Shown here: positions 11,036 to 20,623 of the stretch, in pieces
Position numbering within the stretch: position 1 is the stretch's first letter
How the letters are laid out: each line of letters opens with the position of its first letter
Assembly (NCBI GenBank): GCA_963734545.1
Contig: CAVTHO010000006.1
Location: forward strand, 352,001 to 416,000
Origin: an uncultured Spirochaetota bacterium
GTDB lineage: Bacteria; Spirochaetota; Spirochaetia; SZUA-6; Fen-1364
Direction of reading: 5' to 3'
Length of the DNA: 64,000 nucleotides
Made by a program: the position numbers and the translations under genes
Notes under the pieces: generated by a model
Told to the model about the DNA's origin: nothing
What the model saw: the letters and a program-made list of their open reading frames with translations, nothing else
The model's database searches: none

Positions 11036-12001
11036 ATGAGCGAGTGGAAGTTCCCGCCGGGCGGCGGGCACATGGAGAAGCCTTCGAAGATCTACTACCA
11101 GACGATGACGAAGAAGGACGTCGAGGAGCGCCTGAAGGTGAACGACATTCTCCTCATCCCCTTCGCCTCCACCGAGAACCACGGCGACGCGCAGCCCTAC
11201 GGCGAGGACGGCTTCATCGTCACCCGGATGTGCGAGATGATCGCGCAGAAGACCGGCTGCACCGTGGCCGAGCCGCTCTGGTACGCATCGCACCCCTTCG
11301 CCCACCTCGGGCAGTCGGGCACCGTCCCCATCCCCGACGACCTGACCTCCGCGATAGTGCGCTCGATCGTCTCGGGCTACTGGAACGCGGGGTTCCGCAA
11401 GCAGATCCTGATGAGCAGCCACGGGCAGGAGTACATCATCCCATCCGCCATCCAGGAGTGGGCCAAGAAGTACCAGGTGCCCGCCGTGATCATCTTCCTG
11501 GACGTGATGAAGATCATGGGCGACGCGCTGAAGGACAAGGCGCACGGCGGCCCCTTCGAGACCCCCTTCCGCCACGGCGACGAGGCGGAGAACTCCATCT
11601 GCCTGGCGCTCTTCCCGGAGTTCATCCAGATGGAGAACTGCGTCGACACCAAGACATGGGGCTTCCTGCCCGAGGGCCACATCGACAAGGGCGGGGACAT
11701 CTACAACTACCCCATCCCCGGCCAGAGCCACGTCGGCGGCGGCGGTGTCGAGTTCGCCGTGTACCCGGAAGGCGTGCTGGGCAAGCCGTCGCTCGCCAAG
11801 GCCGAGAAGGCCTACGAGGCCATCGAGAACTACCTGAACTACGTGGTGAAGCTGCACAACGACATCCGGGCGAAGTTCCCTCCGGGGGTGCTTCCGGAGG
11901 CCAAGTACATGACCCAGAGGAGCGAGGAGGAGATCGATCTCCTGCTCAAGGGGCCGGACCGGGGAGGCAGGCACATCTACACGGTCGCCTGGCCGTCCTG
12001 A
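11036..12001 (+). CDS. iolN: Creatininase-fold hydrolase resembling 3-dehydro-scyllo-inosose hydrolase IolN
   Basis: STENHG, YGED, SSHGQE, HGDEAE motifs. The N-terminus WKFPPGGGHMEKPSKIYYQTM resembles the IolN subfamily (recalled, not searched). Confidence 0.75.
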   Translation: MSEWKFPPGGGHMEKPSKIYYQTMTKKDVEERLKVNDILLIPFASTENHGDAQPYGEDGFIVTRMCEMIAQKTGCTVAEPLWYASHPFAHLGQSGTVPIPDDLTSAIVRSIVSGYWNAGFRKQILMSSHGQEYIIPSAIQEWAKKYQVPAVIIFLDVMKIMGDALKDKAHGGPFETPFRHGDEAENSICLALFPEFIQMENCVDTKTWGFLPEGHIDKGGDIYNYPIPGQSHVGGGGVEFAVYPEGVLGKPSLAKAEKAYEAIENYLNYVVKLHNDIRAKFPPGVLPEAKYMTQRSEEEIDLLLKGPDRGGRHIYTVAWPS

Positions 12002-12123
12002 GCCGCGCCCGGGAGCCGGGAAGGAGGTGGCGAGGTGAAGAAAGTCTTTCCACGTGCCGGAGAGGCAGTTCTGATTATCGGCGCGTAGCGCCGAGCTCGA
12101 AGAGTTTCCGGAAGGAGAACGAA

Positions 12124-13152
12124 ATGAGAAAGATCCTGTTGTTCGTGCTCGTGGCTCTCATGGCGGCGCCCCTGGCAATGGCCCAGCAAAAGTGTACGAG
12201 CTCAAGCTGGCGCATGCCGACTCGACCGACATCAGCGTGTCGCGAAAACACGCCCAGGCGTTGCCTTCGCGGACCTCGTCAACACGAGGAGCGGCGGGAG
12301 AATCAGCGTCAAGGTGTACGGCGGCGGGGCCCTCGGCGCCGAACGCGAGTACGTCGAGTCCATCAAGGCCGGGCACGGTGGAAGCGGGAATCGCCTCGGG
12401 CGTCATTGCCAACTTCTTCCCCTCGGCGATGGTCACCGACATCCCGTTCCTGTTCCCCTCCGGCGAGATAGCCTGGAAGGTCCTGGACGGTCCCTTCGGA
12501 GACAGGCTGCGCGCCGCGTTCCTGAAGGAGACGGGGATGCGCTGCCTGACGTTCGCCGAGGTCGGGTTCCGCAACTTCACGAACAATGTCAGGCCCATCA
12601 GGACGCCCGCGGACATGAAGGGCCTGAAGATCCGGGTGCAGGAGACGCCCCTTTACATCACCTTGATCAAGGCCCTCGGGGCGAGCCCGACGCCCATCGC
12701 CTTCACCGAGCTGTACACCTCGCTGCAGACAAAGGTCGTGGACGGTGAAGAGAACCCGATCGCCGACGATCCTCATGTCGAAGTTCGCCGAGGTGCAGAA
12801 GTACTGCACCCTGGACGGCCACAACTACGGCGTGGACTACTTCGTGATCAACGAGAAGTTCTACCAGAGCCTCCCGCCGGATCTGCAGTACATCGTGCTC
12901 TCAAGCGCTCGGATCAGCGCTGCGGTGGGCCGCGGCGTCCAGCAGCTCGTGGCCGCGGAGGGAGTCCGGGCGCTCCAGGATGCGGGCATGGAAGTCTATG
13001 TACCAACCACGGCGGAGCTTGAGATGTTCAAGCAGGCCACCCAGCAGCCGGTCATCGATTGGCTGAAGACAAAGATCGACCCGAAGCTCATCGCGGAAAT
13101 GCTGCAGGTGGTCAAGGACACCGTTGCGCAGCAGAACAGGGACCTGAAGTAG
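12124..13152 (+). CDS. dctP: TRAP transporter substrate-binding protein DctP (several frameshifts)
   Basis: Signal peptide MRKILLFVLVALMAAPLAMA, GFRNFTN, DMKGLKIRV (carboxylate-binding Arg), ELYTSLQTKVVDGEENP. Confidence 0.9.
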
Positions 13153-13166
13153 AGAGGACAGAAAAT

Positions 13167-13194
13167 GGAAGCGGGACCGCAAGGTCCCGCTTCC
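13167..13194 (+). other. Perfect 12-bp stem-loop with GCAA tetraloop between dctP and dctQ
   Basis: GGAAGCGGGACC-GCAA-GGTCCCGCTTCC with no U-tract. Likely an mRNA stabiliser or partial terminator. Confidence 0.7.
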
Positions 13195-13216
13195 TCCTGA
13201 AGGGAGGAACGGCGGA

Positions 13217-13702
13217 ATGAAGCTCATCGACAGGATCATGCGCGGGATGGAGAATGTCATCATGTGGGCGGCGTACGTCCTGCTTGTCCTGATGGTGATC
13301 AACACGGCCGGCGGCGTGTTCTTCCGATACGTTCTTCACAACGCCATCCCGTGGACGGAAGAGCTGGGACGCTACATGATGATCTACGTCGGCTTCTTCG
13401 GCTGCATCCTGGCCATGGGTACAGACTCCCACGTGGGAGTCCAAATGTTCACCGCTCTGTTTCGCCCGGCAGTCAAGCGCGTCTTTCACATCATCGCCCG
13501 GCTCGTGGTGGCCGTCTTCCTCATCGTCATCCTCATGAAGTGCGGAGAGCAGCTGAGCGCGCTGCGAATCCAGAGGTCGAGCGCCATGGAGATTCCCATG
13601 GTTGTTCCTTATTTTGCCGTGACCTTCGGCATGGCCCTGATGCTCCTCGAGGACCTCGTGCACCTGCTGCGCCTCTTCATCAACAAGGAAGGAACACCAT
13701 GA
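13217..13702 (+). CDS. dctQ: TRAP small permease DctQ
   Basis: VFFRYV, PWTEELGRY, four TM segments. Confidence 0.93.
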   Translation: MKLIDRIMRGMENVIMWAAYVLLVLMVINTAGGVFFRYVLHNAIPWTEELGRYMMIYVGFFGCILAMGTDSHVGVQMFTALFRPAVKRVFHIIARLVVAVFLIVILMKCGEQLSALRIQRSSAMEIPMVVPYFAVTFGMALMLLEDLVHLLRLFINKEGTP

Positions 13703-14983
13703 CACTGTGGCTCGCGATTGGAGCGTTCGTCCTCTGCCTGCTCATCGGCGTGCCCATCGCCTACAGTCTGGGAACAGCGAGTGTCATCTACCTGGTGTTG
13801 AAGGGAGTATCACTCGGGCTGATTGCGCAGCGCCTGTTCACCGGCCTGGACAGCTTTGCCTTCATGGCCATTCCCTTCTTCATCCTGGCAGGAGAGCTGA
13901 TGAACAGCTCCGGCATCACCAAGCGACTGGTCAACTTCGCCTCGCTGTTCGTCGGCCGGCTGAAGGGCGGGCTCGGTCATGTGACCATCCTCACCTCGAT
14001 GCTCTTCGGCGGGGTCACCGGTTCGGCCATCGCGGATGCCTCCGCGGTCGGGGCAATGATGATCCCCGGCATGAAGCAGGAAGGCTTTGACGAGGATTTC
14101 TCCGCGGGCCTGGTGGCCTCGGCCTCGGTCATGGGCCCCATCATACCGCCGAGCATCCCCTTCGTGGTCTTCGCCCTGCTCAGCAGCACGTCGGTGGCAG
14201 CTCTTTTCCTTGGGGGCATCGTCCCGGGCGTCATGATCGCGCTCGGGCTCATGATCGTCACCTACTACATCTCCGGCAAAAGGAAGTACCCGCGCGCGAC
14301 CAAGTGGCCTACGCTCAAGCAGGCCGGCCGTGGCCATCCTGAACGGCATTGTGCCTCTCCTGATGCCGCTCATCATCCTCGGCGGCATCCTTGGCGGCAT
14401 CTTCACCGCGACCGAGGCGTCTGCAGTTGCCGTCGTCTACGCCATGGTGATCGGTTTCATCGTGTACAGGAACCTCGACATGAAGTCGTTCCTCGCTGCC
14501 CTCCTCACCACGGCAAAGACAACGGGCGTGGTCTTTCTGGTCATCGCCTGCTCGAACGTCTTCAACTGGATGCTGGTCGTGGAGCAGGCCCCGCAGGCCA
14601 TGGCGGCTTTCGTGGGGGGCATCATCCATAACAAGGCGCTCCTGCTCCTGGCCATCAATATCGTGCTGCTCATCGTCGGGACCTTCATGGAAGGCACCGC
14701 GGCAATGATCATCCTGGTCCCGATCCTCTTGAAGATCACCGCCGTCTACGGCATTCACCCCGTGTTCCTCGGCGTGGTCGTCGTGCTCAACCTCATGATC
14801 GGGCTGCTCACGCCGCCGGTGGGCTTGTGCCTCTACGTCGTCTGCGGCATGGCGAAGCTCTCCCTGGAGAGAGTGGTCAGGGCGGTCGTCCCGTTCCTGA
14901 TCGCGGAGATCATCGTCTTGTTTCTCATTACATACATAGAGCCGCTGTCCATGTTCCTGCCCAGGGCGTTCGGGTACTTGTAG
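13699..14983 (+). CDS. dctM: TRAP large permease DctM (one frameshift near 14325)
   Basis: AIPFFILAGELM, TGSAIAD, IIPPSIP, GIFTATEA, LLTPPVG. Confidence 0.93.
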
Positions 14984-15006
14984 CAGCGACCGGAAGGAGC
15001 ACCGCA

Positions 15007-16039
15007 GTGAAAGCGATTGTGAAATACGAGGACAAGCCCGGCGCCGTGAAGGTGATGGATCGCCCGAAGCCCCGCGTCGGGGCCCGTGATGTGCTCATTG
15101 CCATCAAGGCCACCGGGATCTGCTACACGGACATGTCCATCATCAAGGGCGAGTACAAGGGCCGCAAGCCGGTCCCCATCCCGGTGATCCTCGGACACGA
15201 GGGATCCGGGACCGTGGCGGAGACAGGCCGGGAGGTGAGCGGCTACCGGGCCGGCGAGAGAGTGGCCTTCGAGGCGCTGAACGGCTGCGGCCACTGCCTC
15301 AACTGCAGGAACGGCTTCAAGAACATGTGCACGGACTGGACGCATGTCGGCATCACCTGCGACGGAACTTTTGCCGAGTACCTCGCGCTCCCCGACGTCA
15401 TGGTGCACAAGCTGCCTGACAGCGTGTCCTTCGCGGATGCCGCGGTGCTCGAGCCCCTCAGCCTTGTCGTGCGCTCGCTGGAGCACGTTCAACCCGTCCC
15501 GGGGGAGACGGCGGTGGTCATCGGCCCCGGGTCGGTCGGGCTTCTCCACCTCCAGGCACTGAAGGCTTCAGGGGTGGACAAGGTCATCGTCATCGGGATC
15601 GAAAAGGACAGGCAGAGGTTCGAGATTGCCAGAGTCCCTCGGCGCGGACGTGGTCGTGTACAGCGACAAGGAGGATCCTGTGAAGGCGGTGATGGACGCG
15701 ACAGGCGGCCTGGGGGCTGACGTCGTGATCGAGACCGCGAACCACCCCGTGGTGTGGGATTACCTTCTCGACATCGTGGCAGCCCGTGGACGGATATCGA
15801 CCTTCGGCCTGTATCCCGAGGCGAAGATCAAGCCGCTTGCGCTGCTGCGCAAGGGCGCGACGATCTACGGGGATGTCGCGCTCCTGTCCAGGCACTTCGT
15901 GCGCGCCATCAAGTGGCTGGAGACGAAGAAGGTCTCCGGGGAGAAGCTCATCACGAAGCGCTTTGCATTGGACCAGATGGAGGAGGCGTTCAAGGTCTTC
16001 CGTGCCGGGGAGACGATCAAGGTCCTCTTCGAGTTGTAG
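15007..16039 (+). CDS. Zn-dependent MDR alcohol/polyol dehydrogenase (one frameshift near 15635)
   Basis: GICYTD, GHE, structural Zn CGHCLNC..C, EPL, GPGSVG. Confidence 0.9.
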
Positions 16040-16066
16040 GTCGGCTGCAAACCGCGCGGAGCAATA

Positions 16067-17440
16067 ATGAAGAAGATCAGGTCGATCAATCCCTTCTCCC
16101 GGGAAGTGAACGGCGAATTCGATTCACTGTCAGCGCCGCGGGCCGCGAGAGAGATCGAGGCGTCGCGGACGGCGTTCCGCGCCTGGCGGGCCCTGAGCGC
16201 GCGCGAGCGGGGGAAGTGCATAATCCGCCTGGGCGAGGTCCTGATGGCGGGACAGCGAGGCTACGCGGAAACGATCACCCGGGAGATGGGCAAGCCCATC
16301 AGGCAGTCGCTCCAGGAAATCGAGCGGTGCGCGAATATCGCGGCATATTTCGGGAAGAACGCCGAGGAGCTGACCCGGGACGAGACGGTGTCCACGGCTT
16401 TCAAGAAAAGCTACGTGTCCTTCGAGCCCCTGGGCGTGATACTTGCGATCATGCCCTGGAACTTCCCGGTGATACAGGCGCTCAGGTTTGCCATTCCCAC
16501 CATGACGGCGGGGAATGTCGTCGCGCTGAAACCCGCTTCGAATGTGCCCCTGTGTGGGATGGCCATCGAGGGCATGTTCGCCGAGGCCGGATTCCCGCGC
16601 GGCGCTTTCAAGACGCTTCTCATGGACTCCGCCACCGCGCTGGGCCTCATACGGGACGACCTGGTGGACGGCGTCTCGCTCACCGGAAGCATCAGCGCGG
16701 GCTCGGCAGTCGGCGCCGCGGCCGGGGCGGGCATCAAGACGGCGGTGCTGGAGCTGGGCGGATCCGATCCCTTCCTTGTCCTGGACGACGTCAATGTGGA
16801 CGCGGTCGCTTCCGCCGCCGTCCAGGCGCGGTTCGTCAACGCCGGCCAGAGCTGCGTTGCGGCCAAGCGTTTCATCGTCATGGAAAAGGTTGTCGGGGAG
16901 TTCTCCGAGCGCTTCGTCCACCACCTGCAGGCAATGAAGGTGGGCGATCCCATGGATGAGTCGACGGACATCGGGCCGCTCGCGAGGCCCGAATCACGCG
17001 AGGAGCTCGAACGCCAGGTCGAGGATGCGCGCGCAAAAGGGGGAACCGTGATACTCGGTCCCCTCCCGCCTGCCGGCAGGGCCTTCTTCCGTCCGGCCGT
17101 CATCCTGAACGCGACCCCGGACATGGCGGTTGCGCGCGAGGAGACATTCGGTCCCATTGCCCCGATTTTCGCCGTCAGGGACGAAGAGGAGATGGTCGCC
17201 ATGGCCAACTCGACCAAGTTCGGGCTGGGAGCCACGATCTGGAGCGGGGACATTGCCAGGGCCGAGCAGCTTGCCGCGAGAATCGACTCGGGATTCGTCG
17301 GCATCAATCAACCGGTGAAATCTGATCCCCGTCTGCCCTTCGGAGGCACAAAGAGCTCAGGTATCGGGCGGGAGCTCTCGCACTATGGGGTGAGGCAGTT
17401 CACAAACATAAAGACCGTCGTCGTCCAGAATCCGAGGTAG
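16067..17440 (+). CDS. NAD(P)-dependent aldehyde dehydrogenase (succinate-semialdehyde dehydrogenase-like)
   Basis: PWNFP, LTGS, LELGGSDP, AGQSC, EETFGP, PFGGTKSSG.GRE. Confidence 0.93.
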   Translation: MKKIRSINPFSREVNGEFDSLSAPRAAREIEASRTAFRAWRALSARERGKCIIRLGEVLMAGQRGYAETITREMGKPIRQSLQEIERCANIAAYFGKNAEELTRDETVSTAFKKSYVSFEPLGVILAIMPWNFPVIQALRFAIPTMTAGNVVALKPASNVPLCGMAIEGMFAEAGFPRGAFKTLLMDSATALGLIRDDLVDGVSLTGSISAGSAVGAAAGAGIKTAVLELGGSDPFLVLDDVNVDAVASAAVQARFVNAGQSCVAAKRFIVMEKVVGEFSERFVHHLQAMKVGDPMDESTDIGPLARPESREELERQVEDARAKGGTVILGPLPPAGRAFFRPAVILNATPDMAVAREETFGPIAPIFAVRDEEEMVAMANSTKFGLGATIWSGDIARAEQLAARIDSGFVGINQPVKSDPRLPFGGTKSSGIGRELSHYGVRQFTNIKTVVVQNPR

Positions 17441-17500
17441 GCCCCCCTACACCAACAGGCGGTTTCGTGCCATCCTGTGACCGCACAGAGAGGCAGAGGA

Positions 17501-17954
17501 GTGGCGAAGCACATCGCGGTCATTCACGGCCCGAACCTGAACATGCTGGGCAAACGCGAAGTCGGCATCTACGGCGGAAAGTCGATGGAGGACATCAACG
17601 CCGATGTCGCCGCGGAAGCCGGCAGGCTCGGCGTGACCGTGGAGTTCTATCAGAACAACGGCGAAGGTGAGCTGGTCAGCTTCATCCAGCAGTGCCGGGG
17701 CAGGGTCGAACGGGATCCTGTTGAACGCCGGCGCCTACACCCACTACTCGGTGGCCCTGCGGGACGCCATCTCCGCGGCGCAGGTCCCCACGGTGGAGGC
17801 GCACATCTCGAACATCTACAAGAGGGAGAAGTTCCGCCACACGTCGGTGATCGCGCCGGTGTGCATCGGTCAGATCTGCGGTTTCGGCCCGTACAGCTAC
17901 ATCCTGGGGCTTCGCGCGCTGATCGAGGACCGGCTCGACCCCTGGCTGGCGTGA
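17501..17954 (+). CDS. aroQ: Type II 3-dehydroquinate dehydratase, copy 1 (one frameshift near 17705)
   Basis: [37 protein letters not shown]. Confidence 0.92.
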
Positions 17955-17965
17955 GGAAGATACTA

Positions 17966-18411
17966 TTGAAGAAGAAGAGCTTCCTGGTCATATCGGGACC
18001 CAACCTGAACCTCCTGGGGACGCGCAAGACCTCGATCTACGGTGAGGGCTCGCTGGAGGACATCCACAAGGGCCTGAAGCTCGCGCGCCGAGGAGCTGAA
18101 CGTGCAGGTGGACTGCCGGCAGTTCAACAGCGAGGGGGCGATCATCGACTCCCTGCAGGAGGCGCCCGGGCATTTCGACGGGGTGATCATCAACGCCGGG
18201 GCCCTCGCGCACTACAGCTACGCGCTTGCGCAGCGCCATCGGGTCCACGCTCCTTCCGTGCGTGGAGGTGTTCATCTCCAACGTCCACGCGCGCGAGGAG
18301 TTCCGGCACACCTCCGTGATCGCGCCGGTCTGCGTGGGGGTCATCGGGGGATTCGGCAAGAAGAGCTACCTGCTGGCCCTGGAAGCATTGGCAAACCTGA
18401 GTGAAGCCTGA
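17966..18411 (+). CDS. aroQ: Type II 3-dehydroquinate dehydratase paralogue, copy 2, catalytic His replaced by Phe (two frameshifts)
   Basis: [44 protein letters not shown]. Confidence 0.85.
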
Positions 18412-18426
18412 GGTGAGGCAGCGGGC

Positions 18427-19258
18427 ATGAGCATACTGTGGGGCAAGCAGGTCTCGGAGCTGTCCGGCGCGGCACAGGCGCGCGCGCAGGGCTTCGATTT
18501 CGTGCAGCCGCTGGGAACCCTCGTGGCTGACATGAGCGACCAGGAGTTCCGCGCGGAGAAGGCCCGGATCGCTGACAGCGGCATCCCCCTTGCCGTCTTC
18601 GCAGTTCCTCTTCCTGCGGAGGTGCGTGTGACGGAGCGCGGCTTCAACCTGTATGCGTGGACCGAGCATCTGAAAAAGGCGGTGCCCCGGATGGCCGAGC
18701 TGGGCTGCAGGAAGCTGCTCTGGAGCAACGGCCGGGCACGAGTCCTCCCCGAGGAGGGCAATGTGGCCGGCCTGAAGGCAGCAGGTGGCCCAGTTCCTGT
18801 TCCTGCTCTGCGATGTGGCCGCGAACGCCGGGATCTCCGTTCTCGTCGAGCCGCTGGATCCGCGGCGCACGAACTTCCTGAACTCCATGAAGGAAATCGG
18901 CGAGTTCCTCCACCGGGTGGGAAAGGAGAACCTGGCGTCCATGATCAGCCTGAGGGAGCTGGATGCCATCGGCCTGCCGATCTCCCGGCTCGGCGAGTTC
19001 CGACACCTGATCCGGTACGTGCAGATGGAAAACCCCCTGTCTCGGGAGGGAGCCCGCGCCTGCCCGCGTCGGTCGGACGGCTTCGACTATCGTCCATTCC
19101 TGCGCGCGCTGCAGGATATCGGATACGGCGCCGAGATCGGGCTTCCTGTCGACGCGGATGCGGATACGCTCACGTACTGCCGGGAGCTGGCGGAACAGAC
19201 GTCAGCCGGGTTCCATCGCCGCGACGCCTCTCTTGAGCGTCCCCGCTCCCCCGTGTAG
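18427..19258 (+). CDS. Xylose isomerase-like TIM barrel (sugar isomerase/epimerase family), degenerate (one frameshift near 18783)
   Basis: GFDFV, VLVEPL..TNFLNS, DYRPFLRALQDIGY. Confidence 0.7.
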
Positions 19259-19267
19259 TATCCCCGA

Positions 19268-20561
19268 ATGGAAAATCCCCCCGCAGCACAGCGCGCTGAA
19301 CTTGCAGAGGGTGGGCGCCTCGTCACGCCTCTGGCAGCCAGACGCATCACCCGGGTCCTCTTTGCGGCTCAATGCCTGGCCTCGGCTGCTTTCATCGCCA
19401 CATCAACTGTATCCGCCATCGCGGGAATGGCGCTGAGCGGCCAGAGGAGCCTGGCAGGGGTGCCTGCCGCGGCGTCCACTCTTGCGGGATCGGGCGCTGC
19501 CTTCCTCTGGGGTCTGCTCATGGATCGAATGGGCAGGCGGCCGGCCCTTGCGCTGGGCCTGCTCTGCGGCGCAGTGGGATCTGCGGTGTGCATCTGGGGG
19601 ATCACGGCAGGCTCCTTCCTGGTACTTGTCGGCGGCATGATGCTCATAGGAGTGGCGAACGCGGCAGTCGCCTTGAGTCGATTCGTGGCAGCGGAAGTGA
19701 ACATGCCCGAGCGACGAGGCCGGGCCGTGTCCACCGTCGTGCTGGGTGGCACAGTGGGGGCCATCGGAGGTCCCCTTCTGGTGACGCCCGCTGGCCACAT
19801 CGCCATGCAGGCCGGCACAGGCGATCTTGCCGGCGCCTTCGGTGCCGCGGTGATTCTGCTCCTGGTGGCAGGCGCGGTGATAGCCGCGGCGCTCCGTCCC
19901 GAGCCGCTGACACTTGCAGCGGGCGGCGTGAAACAGGCGGGGGCGGCCGGCGAACGCGCCCAGTCCGTCCAGCGGCGCGCCATTTCCGAGATCTTCCGTC
20001 TTCCGGGTGCCGCCGCCGCCGTTGCCGCCATGGTGTTCAGCCAGGTGGTGATGGTGGGCCTCATGGTGATCACTTCCCTCTATATGAAGGACATGCACCA
20101 CGGCCTGGGGGACATCTCCGTCGTGTTCTCCGCGCACACCATCGGGATGTATGCATTCTCCCTGATCTCCGGGCAGGCTCATCGACCGGTGGGGCAGGCG
20201 CCAGGTGATTCTCCTGGGCGCCTCTATACTCCTGGTGGCGTGCCTCACCGCGCCCCTGACAGGAGATACGATTCCGCTTTCCATCTCCCTCCTCCTGCTT
20301 GGCCTGGGCTGGAACTTCTGCTTCGTGGGAGGATCCACTCTGCTCGCAGACCACTTGAGCCCGGCGGAGCGAGGGCGCACGCAAGGCTTCAACGATCTGC
20401 TGGTGGGGCTGGCGGCTGCCGTGGGCAGCCTGGGCAGCGGCCTCGTCTCGGCGAGATTCGGCTACGCCGGCGTCGGGCTGGCGGGAGCCGTGCTCGCGGT
20501 GGCGCCGTTCGTGTTTGTGGCGCGTTGGGTGAGGCAGGGGGCCCGGGGTTCGGCAGCGTGA
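19268..20561 (+). CDS. MFS transporter (one frameshift near 20175)
   Basis: LMDRMGRRP motif A, about 12 hydrophobic segments, GLGWNF, ERGRTQGFND. Confidence 0.9.
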
Positions 20562-20623
20562 CAGGGGCGGGGAGCCGCCCGTCCGCATTCGCCTCCCTCG
20601 CGGATCTCACCCATGTTTAGAGC

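Noticed and set aside
11036-16039. Canonical Thermotoga-type myo-inositol pathway (iolG-iolM-iolN-iolO)
   Set aside because: No Gfo/Idh/MocA IolG or sugar ABC transporter in the window, uptake is via a carboxylate-type TRAP, and CHA aldolase, AOR and aroQ would be unexplained. Disfavoured but not fully excluded.
4433-19258. Programmed ribosomal frameshifting or phase variation in the catabolic operon
   Set aside because: The shifts are numerous, lie at unrelated sequence contexts without slippery heptamers or long homopolymers, and also affect unrelated genes. Sequencing error is simpler.
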